Part shown: one piece after another, positions 24,899-37,429 of the stretch
Layout: each line of letters starts with the position of its first letter
Numbering within the stretch: the stretch's first letter is position 1
From: Octopus bimaculoides
Lineage: Eukaryota
Length of the DNA: 64,000 nucleotides
Reading direction: 5' to 3'
Assembly: GCF_001194135.2 (NCBI RefSeq)
Contig: NC_068981.1
Span: 97,578,061 to 97,642,060 of the forward strand
The notes under the pieces: generated by a model
Told to the model about the DNA's origin: nothing
What the model saw: the letters and a program-made list of their open reading frames with translations, nothing else
The model's database searches: none
Translations under genes and position numbers: made by a program

Positions 24899-25339
24899 TA
24901 CACACACACACACACAGACACACACACACACACATGTATATGTGTGTGTATGTATATATATATATATACATATATATATATGTATATATATCTGTAAAAA
25001 TATGTGACACTTATTCAGTAGCCATGATAAANNNNNNNNNNNNNNNNNNNNNNNNNNNNNNNNNNNNNNNNNNNNNNNNNNNNNNNNNNNNNNNNNNNNN
25101 NNNNNNNNNNNNNNNNNNNNNNNNNNNNNNNNNNNNNNNNNNNNNNNNNNNNNNNNNNNNNNNNNNNNNNNNNNNNNNNNNNNNNNNNNNNNNNNNNNNN
25201 NNNNNNNNNNNNNNNNNNNNNNNNNNNNNNNNNNNNNNNNNNNNNNNNNNNNNNNNNNNNNNNNNNNNNNNNNNNNNNNNNNNNNNNNNNNNNNNNNNNN
25301 NNNNNNNNNNNNNNNNNNNNNNNNNNNNNNNNNATATAT

Positions 25340-25342
<3 letters not shown>

Positions 25343-25392
<50 letters not shown>

Positions 25393-25419
25393 ACCAGACA
25401 GACAGACAGACAGACAGAC

Positions 25420-25476
<57 letters not shown>

Positions 25477-25477
25477 T
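25343..25477. repeat. Compound microsatellite (AG)n-(AGAC)n-(AGAT)n
   Basis: Seen directly. Confidence 0.95.
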
Positions 25478-25814
25478 GGGTAGGGTGAACAGCTATTCTT
25501 TTAAATGTATTAGATACTGTATTTTGGCTTATACATGTTTTATTAAGGTTTTCATATGAATTCCTTGCGCTCTGTTTGGAGTAGTACAACTTCAAAATCC
25601 ATCAACAATGTTTTTGGACCTTCACGGTTTCACTCGTGGTGTTGGTGCATGTTACATATAAATGATAGGACCAATGCTAATGGTATACTGCAATATCAAA
25701 ATAAACGTGCAAATAACATACACTAATCACAAACAAAATGAAATACTTCCTGACTGATGATGAACAAACCTAAACGTCACCTTTAAAATTCCACTAACAT
25801 AATTTCTAATTTCG

Positions 25815-25997
25815 GCACAAGACTAGCAAATTAAGAGGAAGTCGATTATACCGATTCCAGTCCTTGATTGGTCGTCGTTTCATCGATTACTGAAGAATGA
25901 AAAGCCTAGTTGACCTCGGCGAAATTTGAACTCAGAACGTAAGAAGCTGGAAAAAATTTTGTCCGATGTTCTAACGATTCCAACAGTTCTCTGCCTT
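25815..25997 (-). mobile_element. SINE family B, diverged
   Basis: GTTGACCTCGGCGAAATTTGAACTCAGAACG matches the reverse complement of the family B core. Confidence 0.7.
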
Positions 25998-26051
25998 AAA
26001 TTCCAGGCAACAATTAAACATTTTTCTTTCTTTTTTTTTTCACTTGTATGT

Positions 26052-26466
26052 ATTCTTTTTTATTCTTTTACTTGTTTCAGTCATTTGACTGCGGCCATGC
26101 TGGAGCACCGCCTTTAGTCGAGCAAATCGACCCCAGGACTTATTCTTTGTAAGCCTAGTACTTATTCTATCGGTCTCTTTTGCCGAACCGCTAAGTTACG
26201 GGGACGTAAACACAACAGCATCGGTTGTCAAGCGATGTTGGTGGGGGACAAAGACAGACATATAAATATATACACACACATACATACATATATACATATA
26301 TACGACTGGCTTCTTTCAGCTTCCGTCTACCAAATCCACTCACAAGGCTTTGGTCGGCCCGAGGCTATAGTAGAAGACACTTGCCCAAAGTGGCACGCAG
26401 TGGGACTGAACCCGTAACCATGTGGTTGGTAAGAAAGCTATTTACCACACAGCCACTCCCGTGCCT
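26052..26466 (-). mobile_element. SINE family A, full length (tRNA-derived head, CORE-like segment)
   Basis: Minus strand has A-box-like TGGCTGTGTGG, B-box-like GGTTCAGTCCC, a CORE-like CTTTGGGCAAGTG segment, an internal (TA/CA) tract and an AGAATA-type tail. Further copies at 30.6, 31.8, 34.9, 35.3, 41.1, 45.7, 60.4 and 63.9 kb. Confidence 0.88.
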
Positions 26467-26959
26467 ATATATGTTGAATTTTTATGAAAAGGATGGTCCC
26501 AAATGTGTGACGTAAGTGACATCAAACAAAATACCTTTTCTCACTTGAAATTATTAACTTCTAATTCCTCTGAATTTCTCCATAGCAACGTTAAAGCCAT
26601 GTGGTGTTTATTTACATTGCCCTTGAAATTTCGAGAAATGCTAACATGCTTCCTAGACAACTAATGACTATAGTCTCAATCCTCATTTACCTGGTGTGAG
26701 GTGCGTGACAAAAATGGATGTGATATTTGCAAGACAAATATTTTCTGTACTTTCCAAATAGTGTAGATCTGGAAGAAATTGTCTCACTATTTGAATCTGG
26801 TCGAAGATGAACCATTTCAACGTACCTTTATAGGATTTTACGTGAATTTTTCTGGGCAATCTAAAAAGTTTTGAAACCCAGTTTTAGCTCATCTTTCATG
26901 GGGATAGTCTTTTTTTTGCGTAAATATATTCAGTAACCGTAACGCGAATGCTTAACCTA

Positions 26960-27125
26960 CTAAAATAGCTGCCAAATTTCTCTTAAATCACTCACCATCT
27001 TAAAATAAGGAAGAAGACATTGAACAATGCAGTACTAGATATACAAAATACAGGATGTTCATGGTTAAGGCCTTTGATCATAAATGTGAGCGATTTGAAT
27101 TGAACTGGAGTTAAAGAACAACAAA
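26960..27125 (+). mobile_element. Interspersed repeat family E, 3' part ending in AAC-like tail
   Basis: Similar degenerate segments at about 17990-18140 (+) and 56090-56160 (-). Confidence 0.4.
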
Positions 27126-27214
27126 TAGCTGTTGTAGTTTGACTCTAGATATTGCTGTGCCCGGTCGCTTGACAATACAGCGTTGGTCCCAACTATAACA
27201 TAACTCATCACATT

Positions 27215-27800
27215 CATCTATCTATCACTCGGCAAAAAACCTCCGAGGAGATTTATCGACGCATTCCACCCAACTCTGTTGTTAATGCTCAATGCAGGAT
27301 AGGTTTTGCTGGTCACTGGTAACATGACCATTCAGCTATTATTCATTGGTGTTATTGGCAGAAACACACACTTCGAAATTGAAGACTTATCGAAGCTAAT
27401 GAAAGGCAGAGCTTTCTGGTGCGGCATGGTGGAATGCATCTTAGTTGCAACCGCTAGAAGAAGACTTTTTATCAAAGTAATACAATATAAGCTAAACAAA
27501 TAGATTTCAGTAGATCTTTCCTTTGACAAAAATAGGCTGTTGAACAGCATGCCATATCAAAAGTTATACACCCTAACACAAGACGATGAGCATTCGACTA
27601 TTATTCATTGGCGTTATTAGCCGAAACACACACATCCAAATTGAGGCCCTACAGAAGATAACGTGAAGCAGAGATTTCTGGCGCGGCATGGTTGAACGCA
27701 TAACGGTTGCGGCCGCTTGAAAACAGAGTTTTTTTGTTTTGTTTTTTTATCAAAGAAACACAATATAAAGCTAAATAGATTTCAGTAAAAATTATCTTTC
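27215..27800 (+). mobile_element. Two tandem RTE-derived 3' end units (about 27215-27545 and 27590-27800)
   Basis: Unit 1: TSEEIYRRIPPNSVVNAQCRIGFAGHW then a deleted join to ..RAFWCGMV. Unit 2: GVISRNTHIQIEALQKIT*SRDFWRGMVERITVAAA*. Both resemble RTE C-termini (TNxELY..FAGH; DRxxWRxxV) and share the 3' sequence ATAGATTTCAGTA..AAAAATAGGCTG. Confidence 0.7.
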
Positions 27801-29695
27801 CTTAAAGAAAAATAGGCTGATTAATAGAAGCTTTCCGTATGTGTGTGAGTAGATGCGAGTGTGTTTGTTTGCGTGCCGGTGCGTCAGTGCTTTGTATGTG
27901 TGTGCATGTGCTTAAATATGACTATACAGGTGTGTAAGTGTGTGCACGTTTACATGTGTGTCTATGTAAGCTAATATGTACATGAATGGGTATGTCTGTG
28001 TCAATTCGAATGCTTCTAATCTGCGTATTAAATACATGGTTTAATGAGTTTTCCTATAAACATTCGGTTATCTGTCACTGTTCTTAATGAGCGATGCTGA
28101 ATACCACATATTTTCAAACCCAATACCTACATATAAATATAAATATAAATATATATACACACACATATATTTACGTATATACATATATGCATATACATAC
28201 ATACATACATACATACTTACATACGTATATAACGCAATCTTTAGTTCTAGAGAGATTCTCAGCATTATTTGAATAAAGAAAGGAAAGAACAAAAATAAAA
28301 AAGCAACAAAACACAAACATGAAGCAAAAAATACAGATGACAACAAAAAACAAAACAAAACAAAAACAAACAAAAGAAAAACAAAACCACCAATTCAAAC
28401 GAACAGACGATTTTGATGATGTATCTAAATGATGTTTCGCGGGTATGCAAAAACCTTAAAGTTAGATAAGCTACTTTTGTCTAAATATATTCATGTCTAA
28501 CATCAGAATTAACTGAATGTATATCCATTTATTTTGTTGGTTTCTACGTTGATTTTTCTTGATTCTTTACCTACATTAATTCTCGTGGAAGATTCTTCGT
28601 TGGCATTTCCAAAATTTGTTGATTAATTTTATTTATTTATAGAACTATTTATTCGGTCCTTGCATTCATTGTGTCATTTGTTCTCACTTCTTATACTCTT
28701 CTTCTTATCTTTATTTTTAATTTCTCATCGGTTAGTGTTATCTTCGATAACAATGTTGTCAATGAGTGTGTATACATATATGTACATTATATATATACAC
28801 ACAACCACACACACACACACATATATATATATACACACACGTACATACGTGTATACATGCGTACATAAATACATAANNNNNNNNNNNNNNNNNNNNNNNN
28901 NNNNNNNNNNNNNNNNNNNNNNNNNNNNNNNNNNNNNNNNNNNNNNNNNNNNNNNNNNNNNNNNNNNNNNNNNNNNNNNNNNNNNNNNNNNNNNNNNNNN
29001 NNNNNNNNNNNNNNNNNNNNNNNNNNNNNNNNNNNNNNNNNNNNNNNNNNNNNNNNNNNNNNNNNNNNNNNNNNNNNNNNNNNNNNNNNNNNNNNNNNNN
29101 NNNNNNNNNNNNNNNNNNNNNNNNNNNNNNNNNNNNNNNNNNNNNNNNNNNNNNTATATGTATGTATGTATGTATATATATATACACACATATATATGTA
29201 TATACATACATATACGCACGCGCATACCCACACACACACATATATATATATACACACACGTACATACGTGTATACATGCGTACATAAATACATAAAAATG
29301 TACATGTATATAGGCTTACACATTTGCACATTCACATACATATGCGAGTGAATGCATTAACTATCTAGGTGTTATAAATAGTATGAAAATGTGTTCATGT
29401 GTGTGTATGTGTGTATGTGTGTATGTAAGTGTATGTACGTACTGAGTTGTTTGACATATCTATCTATAAATGTACATATGCAAGCGAGGAATTACGCATA
29501 TATGTAAATATGTGTACGTGTGTGTGTGTATGTACATATGCATATGTAAAATATATATATGTATATGTATATATACATATATATATGTATGTATTTAGAT
29601 ATACATATATACATGCATAAATGTACGAGTATATATGTATATATGTATGTGTGTATGCATATACATATGTGTGTGTGTGCGTATATGTATGTAGC

Positions 29696-29843
<148 letters not shown>

Positions 29844-30634
29844 CAGTATCATACATTTCTGTTCCACAGGGTACATCTTTCATTCATTGAAACGCGGCGG
29901 CGGCTGAACTTTCTAAAACGTTTTAACAACAGATTAAAGGACCCTAAAACCATAACAAAAGGTCTAAACGATAGATTGATATGGACAGGAGAATGAAAAG
30001 CCAGCATTACAGAATTATGACAATACAGCAGAGCCAACCATCAACCGCAAGGGTGTATTGTTTGGTAGCACGAATCACGCTTTCGCTGTTTGTCGTAAGT
30101 GCTATGTAGTCGCAGGCTGACATAGTTTCTCTTACGGTCCCATTATTATCGCTACAACGGTATATCCAGCATATTACAGCTAGAAGGAGAAAGAATTACA
30201 CCAACGTCCGCCTAGTACTCGTTTTCTGTCGAAAAGCCTACAGAAACGGGATATAAAGTATCATACACCAGGACGCAATACGTTACCTGGTCGATGAATT
30301 GAACCCGCTCTCTTGTGATGATGACTCGAACACCTTCGGACTGAGACAATCTAGAATAGCTGTGTTTGGATGTAGACGATCTGGACATTAAACCTGTTTT
30401 AGTGACTATATTTAGGTGCTAGAAGCAAATACACAGATGTGTGCGCGCATAGATATGCACATATTTACATATGTACATATTCTGTTTATATTTGCATGTA
30501 TACAGAAAGAGGGAGGGAGAGAGGGGGAGAGAGGGGAAGGGAAGGAGAAGAAAGGGGAGATGGAGGAGGAGGAGGAGGAAAACGAAGCGATACTTTGGTC
30601 AAGTAGTTGCCATTGTCGCCCCGAGTCGATCACT

Positions 30635-30890
30635 GACATGTGAGTGAGTTTGGTAGATGGAAACTGTGTGGAAACCTAGGAAACCTACCGTGTGTGTGTG
30701 TGTATATATATATGTATATATGTATGTGGGGGGGGGGGGGGTGCGTTGGTTTCTTCGGAATTAAAAAAAGAAACCAACAATAAATAGCAGACTTAAAAAT
30801 AAATACTAGGTTGATTTGCTCGACCAAAATCATCAACACGGTACGCCAGCCTGATGGCTGCAGTCCAATGAGTGAAACAAGTAAAAGATT
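30635..30890 (+). mobile_element. SINE family A, diverged partial copy
   Basis: GTGAGTGAGTTTGGTAGATGGAAACTG...GATTTGCTCGAC...TGAAACAAGTAAAAG. Confidence 0.6.
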
Positions 30891-31154
30891 TTTTAAAAAT
30901 AAAAGATATCACTCGCTTGCTAGTCTGTAACACAACTACTTGAGCGAATGAATAAGTTGTAAAGTTGTTGACGAATAGATTGATGCTTGTGTCTTTCAAG
31001 AACCAATGCTTTTCAGAGGCTGTTTGGACATCTAGAATACTCGACCAATAAAATGATGTTTTATAATTTAGTAGCGGAAATTAAGATAAACACCAGAATA
31101 AATATTTAGTTCCTACGAACGTTTTATCATTGTATTTAACTGGGACTCAACATT

Positions 31155-31540
31155 GTGTGTGTTGGTATTCCGTCGCTTACGACGACGAGGGCTCCAGTTG
31201 ATCCGATCAACGGAACAGCCTGCTCGTGAAATTAACGTGCCAGTGGCTGAGCACTCCACAGATACGTGTACCCTTAACGTAGTTCTCGGGGAGATCCAGC
31301 GTGACACAGAGTGTGACAAGGCTGACCCTTGAATTACAGGCACAACAGAAACAGGAAGTAAGAGTGAGAGAAAGTTGTGGTGAAAGAGTACAGCAGGGTT
31401 CGCCACCATCCCCTGCCGGAGCCTCGTGGAGCTTTTGGTGTTTTTTGCTCAATAAACACTCACAACGCCCGGTCTTGGAATCGAAACCGCGATCCTATGA
31501 CCGCGAGTCCGCTGCCCTAACCACTGGGCTATTGCGCTTC
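31155..31540 (-). mobile_element. SINE family C, full length, 15-bp TSD
   Basis: TSD CTGGGACTCAACATT at 31140-31154 and 31541-31555. tRNA-like head with TAGCCCAGTGG (A box) and GGTTTCGATTCC (B box). Confidence 0.92.
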
Positions 31541-31754
31541 CTGGGACTCAACATTAAACGTTCCAAATGCATTTGGATGCTTAACTGCAATGAATCATCG
31601 GGGGAACACTTTAATGACAAAGAGAGCGTTCTACACTGAACAGACACGTATTCCTAACAAACGTATCTTAAATCACCTTAGCAAGAGGTTAAAATTATTT
31701 AAGGTACTCAGCAAAATAATATGAATCAGGGGTTATTCATTCGTTCTCTTATTT

Positions 31755-32048
31755 GAATCAGTCATTTGACTGCGGCCATGCTAGAGCACCGCCTTTAGTC
31801 GAACAAATCAACCCCAGGACTTATTCTTTGTAAGCCTAGTACTTATTCTTTCGGTCTTTACGGGGACATAAACACAGCAACATCGGTTGTCAAGCTGAGG
31901 TGGGGTGGGACAAACACAGACACACAAACATATATATATATATATATATACAAATACAACGGGCTTCTTTCAGCATCTGTCTACCAAATCCACTCACAAG
32001 GCTTTGGTCGACCCGAGACTATAGTAGAAGACACTTGGCCAAGGTGCC
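31755..32048 (-). mobile_element. SINE family A lacking its head
   Basis: Aligns to 26052-26466 up to ...AAGGTGCC, where a hAT MITE remnant begins. Confidence 0.85.
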
Positions 32049-32404
32049 CTCAACCATCTTTTATCTATGGAACCCTTTCATTACTATTTTATTCTGGTGG
32101 AGCCCCCGCCCCCGTAGCCATACAATGTTTAAAAACTAGTTTATAGAAACTTCTTTCACAATTCCTATTTTGTTTTTCACACATTAACTTATGTAGGTTG
32201 AACTATGTAGAATGTTAGAGAAAGAAGACTAGCTCTTTCTTGCAATATACACCAATACATACATCTGAAGCAAAATTTATTCAGGGACCTTTAAAATACT
32301 ATTGTAGATCCCCAATTCATTCTTTTGTTGTGTGGAACGCCCTCTCCCGCCTAAATCTTATATGGACCCTCAGAGACCATATAAACCCCACTTGAGAACC
32401 ACTG
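32049..32404. mobile_element. hAT (Charlie/Buster-type) MITE remnant
   Basis: Right end TTGAGAACCACTG is the reverse complement of CAGTGGTTCTCAA, a Charlie-type TIR. The left TIR is reduced to CTCAACC. Right flank ATTTAAAT. Confidence 0.6.
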
Positions 32405-32653
32405 ATTTAAATGAAAGAAAGTGGTTTCAGAATTATGACTAGTGTGTAAGTTACCTAGGTGAAATGGATATGAAGAAATCAAGATTATTTTTCCATTCAC
32501 TGTGAAGGACAAGAAACTCGCAGTTCCTCATGTGAAGGCAACTACTCCCTCGGAAAACATCAACTTTACCTCTTCGGAATCGGTACCCATTATTTTTAAA
32601 TCCCTTAATACGGAACCTAACTGATGACAATATTAATACTGCAATATTAATAC

Positions 32654-32867
32654 GGCGGCGAGCTGGCAGAGAAACGTTAGCACGACGGGTGATATGCTTA
32701 GCGGTATTTCGTCTGTATTTACGTTCTGAGTTCAAATTCCGCCGAGGTTGACTCTGCCTTTCATCCTTTTGGGGTCGATAAATTAAGTACCACTTGCGTA
32801 CTGGGGTCGATCTAATCAACTGGCACCTTCCCCCAAAATTTGGGGCTTTGTGCCTAGAGTAGAAAGG
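32654..32867 (+). mobile_element. SINE family B, full length, 11-bp TSD
   Basis: TSD AATATTAATAC at 32643-32653 and 32868-32878. B-box-like GAGTTCAAATTCC. The central GACTCTGCCTTTCATCC..GTCGATAAATTAAGTACC resembles, from memory, a MetaSINE-type conserved domain. Confidence 0.9.
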
Positions 32868-32909
32868 AATATTAATACTACATTGATTAAGGAGTTTTAA
32901 GGTAAACAT

Positions 32910-33205
32910 TTAGGAGAAGGTAAAATGCCGGGTAAAATGCATTACTGCATTTCACCCATGTTTACGTTCTGAGCTTAAAGGAGGGGTTTTAAGGCGGTAA
33001 GCTGGCAGAATCGGAAAGCATGCCAGGTAAAATGCTTAACGGCATTTCATCTGTTTTTACGTTCTGAGTTCAAATTCCGTCCAAGTCGACTTTACCTTTC
33101 ATCCTCTCAGAGTCGATAAAATAAGTACCAGTTGAGCACTGGGATTAACGTAACTGACTAGCTCCCTCCCGCCAAATTTCGGGCCTTGTACCTTCGTGAC
33201 AGGAG
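32910..33205 (+). mobile_element. SINE family B copy preceded by a partial duplicate of its 5' part
   Basis: GGTAAAATGC...TTTACGTTCTGAG occurs twice (about 32925-32972 and 33026-33068). Confidence 0.75.
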
Positions 33206-33872
33206 GGATTAAGATTTTGGCGGTGAGTACCAGAAACCTGTATTTGACAGCGATCGTTGATGAAGATCAAGTCACTGGCTGATCAACAACAGATCTATTA
33301 AACTTCAGACGAGGAGCAGCTATTGACGGCGTGTCTAAGGCCAAAATTGTCAAGGAACAACTTTAGATAACCTAATTAGCAGAAGGGGGTCAGAATATAG
33401 GGGTGTATCGATTTTACCTTTCTAGCAGCGTCTCACCCTTGTCTTGGTATGTGGCTCTTAATTATATTCATTTTTTATTGTATTTTATGTACGAAAATTT
33501 CAACATGTTTTGACACATTCTATTACGTTTTTGCTTCCACCTCATTTATATATATGTCCGTTTGCTTGTATAGATGTGCGTGCGTGTGTAGTCGTGTGTG
33601 TGTGTATGTATATGTGCCCATATATATATATATATATATGTGCGTGTGTGTGTGTGCGTGCGTGCGTTCGTGCGTATGTGTGTGTGTGTGTGTGTGCGTG
33701 TGCTTGCATACGTGCATGCGTTTATGCGTGTTTGTGCATTTCCACACATTTTCTTATCCTTCTTTTATGACAATGTTTTGTATCCTGTGTAGACCCTTGT
33801 GGTTAATAAAGAAAGGATTATTATCATCATTATCATGGAAATTATTATTATTATCGGTACAACCGCAGCGGC

Positions 33873-33917
33873 AGCAGCAATAACAGCAGCAGCAGCAGCA
33901 GCAGCAACAGCAGTAGC

Positions 33918-33977
<60 letters not shown>
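33873..33977. repeat. Compound (CAG)n-(TAG)n microsatellite
   Basis: Seen directly. Confidence 0.95.
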
Positions 33978-34914
33978 TCTTCTTAAGGCTGTTTTTGCTT
34001 TTAGTTGTTGTTTACTAGGGTATTCGAGAAGTATGAAAGTAATTATCAGAATANNNNNNNNNNNNNNNNNNNNNNNNNNNNNNNNNNNNNNNNNNNNNNN
34101 NNNNNNNNNNNNNNNNNNNNNNNNNNNNNNNNNNNNNNNNNNNNNNNNNNNNNNNNNNNNNNNNNNNNNNNNNNNNNNNNNNNNNNNNNNNNNNNNNNNN
34201 NNNNNNNNNNNNNNNNNNNNNNNNNNNNNNNNNNNNNNNNNNNNNNNNNNNNNNNNNNNNNNNNNNNNNNNNNNNNNNNNNNNNNNNNNNNNNNNNNNNN
34301 NNNNNNNNNNNNNNNNNNNNNNNNNNNNNNNNNNNNNNNNNNNNNNNNNNNNNNNNNNNNNNNNNNNNNNNNNNNNNNNNNNNNNNNNNNNNNNNNNNNN
34401 NNNNNNNNNNNNNNNNNNNNNNNNNNNNNNNNNNNNNNNNNNNNNNNNNNNNNNNNNNNNNNNNNNNNNNNNNNNNNNNNNNNNNNNNNNNNNNNNNNNN
34501 NNNNNNNNNNNNNNNNNNNNNNNNNNNNNNNNNNNNNNNNNNNNNNNNNNNNNNNNNNNNNNNNNNNNNNNNNNNNNNNNNNNNNNNNNNNNNNNNNNNN
34601 NNNNNNNNNNNNNNNNNNNNNNNNNNNNNNNNNNNNNNNNNNNNNNNNNNNNNNNNNNNNNNNNNNNNNNNNNNNNNNNNNNNNNNNNNNNNNNNNNNNN
34701 NNNNNNNNNNNNNNNNNNNNNNNNNNNNNNNNNNNNNNNNNNNNNNNNNNNNNNNNNNNNNNNNNNNNNGTAAACGTGCGGAGTTACCAATAGTATTTTG
34801 TAATATAGGCTGTATAAACCATGTAGATTTAGTTAATTTCAAATAATCCGTTGTTAGAATTTTGTCAAAAGCGACCAACTGGCCGAATCATTGGCACGTT
34901 TTTCTTTTCTTTCA

Positions 34915-35372
34915 TTCTTTTAGTTGTTTCAACCATTTGACAGCGGCTATGCTGGAGTACCGTCTCGAAGGGTTTTAGTCGAACAAATCGACCCTAGGAG
35001 TTATTTTTATGCCTAGTACTTATTTTCTCGGTTCTTTTGCTGAACCGCTATGTTACCGGGGACATAAACACACCAACACCAGTAGTCAAGCGGTGATGAG
35101 GGTAACAGACACTGACACAAAGACTACACTGGACTCTTCTGCTGATGAAAAATCGCTCCAATACACCACGACGTCTGAAGCTTTTGAGCCTTTGAACTTT
35201 TCGTAACTTTTTTATACTTTTTCTCCTTGTTTCTTTCTGTGTTCCTTCCTGTGAAAGAGCGTAGGCTCGAAACGTTAAAGATCCTGGGGTCGATTTATTC
35301 GACTAAATGCGGTGCTCCAGCATGGCTGAAATCACATGACTGAAACAAGTAAAGCAATAAAAAACTATACTA
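34915..35372. mobile_element. Two partial SINE A copies in opposite orientation (34915-35065 minus; 35281-35372 plus)
   Basis: Both align to the 3' half of 26052-26466. Confidence 0.7.
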
Positions 35373-35394
35373 TTTAATCCCGAGCAATGCCGGG

Positions 35395-35447
<53 letters not shown>

Positions 35448-35523
35448 CTCTCTCTCTCTCTCTCTCTNNNNNNNNNNNNNNNNNNNNNNNNNNNNNNNNN
35501 NNNNNNNNNNNNNNNNNNNNGAA

Positions 35524-35590
35524 AGTGAAGTGGAGGAATGAAAAACAGACGTGAGGTATGCCATGTCTGTTTTCATTCCTCCACTTCACT
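35524..35590. other. 67-nt near-perfect inverted repeat (hairpin)
   Basis: AGTGAAGTGGAGGAATGAAAAACAGAC-GTG-AGGTATGC-CAT-GTCTGTTTTCATTCCTCCACTTCACT: 26 Watson-Crick pairs with a one-A bulge, 3 further pairs and an 8-nt loop. Confidence 0.9.
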
Positions 35591-36007
35591 CCCTATTTCA
35601 TATCTTCTCAAGAATAACTATTGCTTAACCATTTTCTCACACCGTCTCCTATGAAGGGATATATAAAATATCCCGGAAACAGCTGTTAGACCTTCTCTTT
35701 ATAAATGTTATGAAATCTTTCACAGCCTTGGATTTTTATCTTATTCAGTTAATTTTTTATATATACGCATGCTGATAAATGACCAACGTTGGACTCCTCA
35801 TTCGCATAATCACCGAACCTGGAGCTTAACTATAGTCTGTCTATAGCACTTATTCAGCATTACCTAACACCTTTGGGTCTTCTTGACATCAGTACATCTC
35901 ATAACCTGTATATATGTATACATTTATTGTATGTATATATGTATGTCTATAAGTATGTATGTACGCACGTACGTATGCATGTATGTATGTATTCATGTAT
36001 GTATATC

Positions 36008-36039
<32 letters not shown>

Positions 36040-36173
36040 TGTATGTATGTATGTAGAGTAGTGTAAGGATTGAAAAGTATGAAATATATTTTTTAATGGA
36101 TTGAATAAGAAGGAAGACAAGGTTAATATGTTGGTTTGAGTATTTCAGACCATAGACAACGCTTGTTGTAGAG

Positions 36174-36221
36174 CATGTACATATGTACAACTGCATGTAC
36201 ATATGTACAACTGCATGTACA
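36174..36221. repeat. 20-bp tandem repeat (CATGTACATATGTACAACTG) about 2.5 copies, with a 14-bp internal palindrome
   Basis: Seen directly. Confidence 0.85.
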
Positions 36222-36309
36222 TATATACATTTATGACATTACATACACACATGAAAGTACCAGACAGGCGCATACATGTTTACGATTAAGGCAAATTCTT
36301 TCTCTTTGC

Positions 36310-36340
<31 letters not shown>

Positions 36341-36555
36341 CCTATCTATCTGTTTATTTGTTTGTCTGTCTGCCTATTTGTCTGTCTGTTAGTATGTATG
36401 TATGTATGTCATATTCTTTTCCATTTTCCTGTTTACTATTTGTTGTGATTCGTTCAATCTTTTTCCCCTCTTTGACTTTCATATCACGCTTTCACTTCGG
36501 TCTCTCCGCTCTTTCTGTCTTCCTTTCTCTCTCTCTCATTCATTCCCTCACTCCC

Positions 36556-36604
<49 letters not shown>

Positions 36605-37429
36605 NNNNNNNNNNNNNNNNNNNNNNNNNNNNNNNNNNNNNNNNNNNNNNNNNNNNNNNNNNNNNNNNNNNNNNNNNNNNNNNNNNNNNNNNNNNNNNNN
36701 NNNNNNNNNNNNNNNNNNNNNNNNNNNNNNNNNNNNNNNNNNNNNNNNNNNNNNNNNNNNNNNNNNNNNNNNNNNNNNNNNNNNNNNNNNNNNNNNNNNN
36801 NNNNNNNNNNNNNNNNNNNNNNNNNNNNNNNNNNNNNNNNNNNNNNNNNNNNNNNNNNNNNNNNNNNNNNNNNNNNNNNNNNNNNNNNNNNNNNNNNNNN
36901 NNNNNNNNNNNNNNNNNNNNNNNNNNNNNNNNNNNNNNNNNNNNNNNNNNNNNNNNNNNNNNNNNNNNNNNNNNNNNNNNNNNNNNNNNNNNNNNNNNNN
37001 NNNNNNNNNNNNNNNNNNNNNNNNNNNNNNNNNNNNNNNNNNNNNNNNNNNNNNNNNNNNNNNNNNNNNNNNNNNNNNNNNNNNNNNNNNNNNNNNNNNN
37101 NNNNNNNNNNNNNNNNNNNNNNNNNNNNNNTTTTTTTTTTTTTTTTTTTTTTTTAGGGGACCGCAACTAAGATGATAGAAGTCAATTAAAGAGAGAGGGA
37201 AGACCGTCAGGGGTCTTGAGGGGGAAGTTGGCCCTGTTATCCGCGACTGATAACCGCTGGTTTAGACTCTTATTAGTCTTTGGTGTCACTGTTTTCTTTG
37301 CGAAGAAGCTATCAAAAGTTCAGACTAAAAGTAAAGTACTTTATTAAATCTAAGGAAAAATATTGAACTAATCATATCAACTTGTCTCTTTTATCAAACC
37401 TTAAGTAATGGTAACTGCATATTCAGAAC

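Noticed and set aside
31465-31540. tRNA-like sequence with A and B boxes (also at 26.4 kb and 32.7 kb)
   Set aside because: These are heads of multi-copy SINEs with bodies, tails and TSDs, and they lack a proper acceptor stem; they are not tRNA genes.
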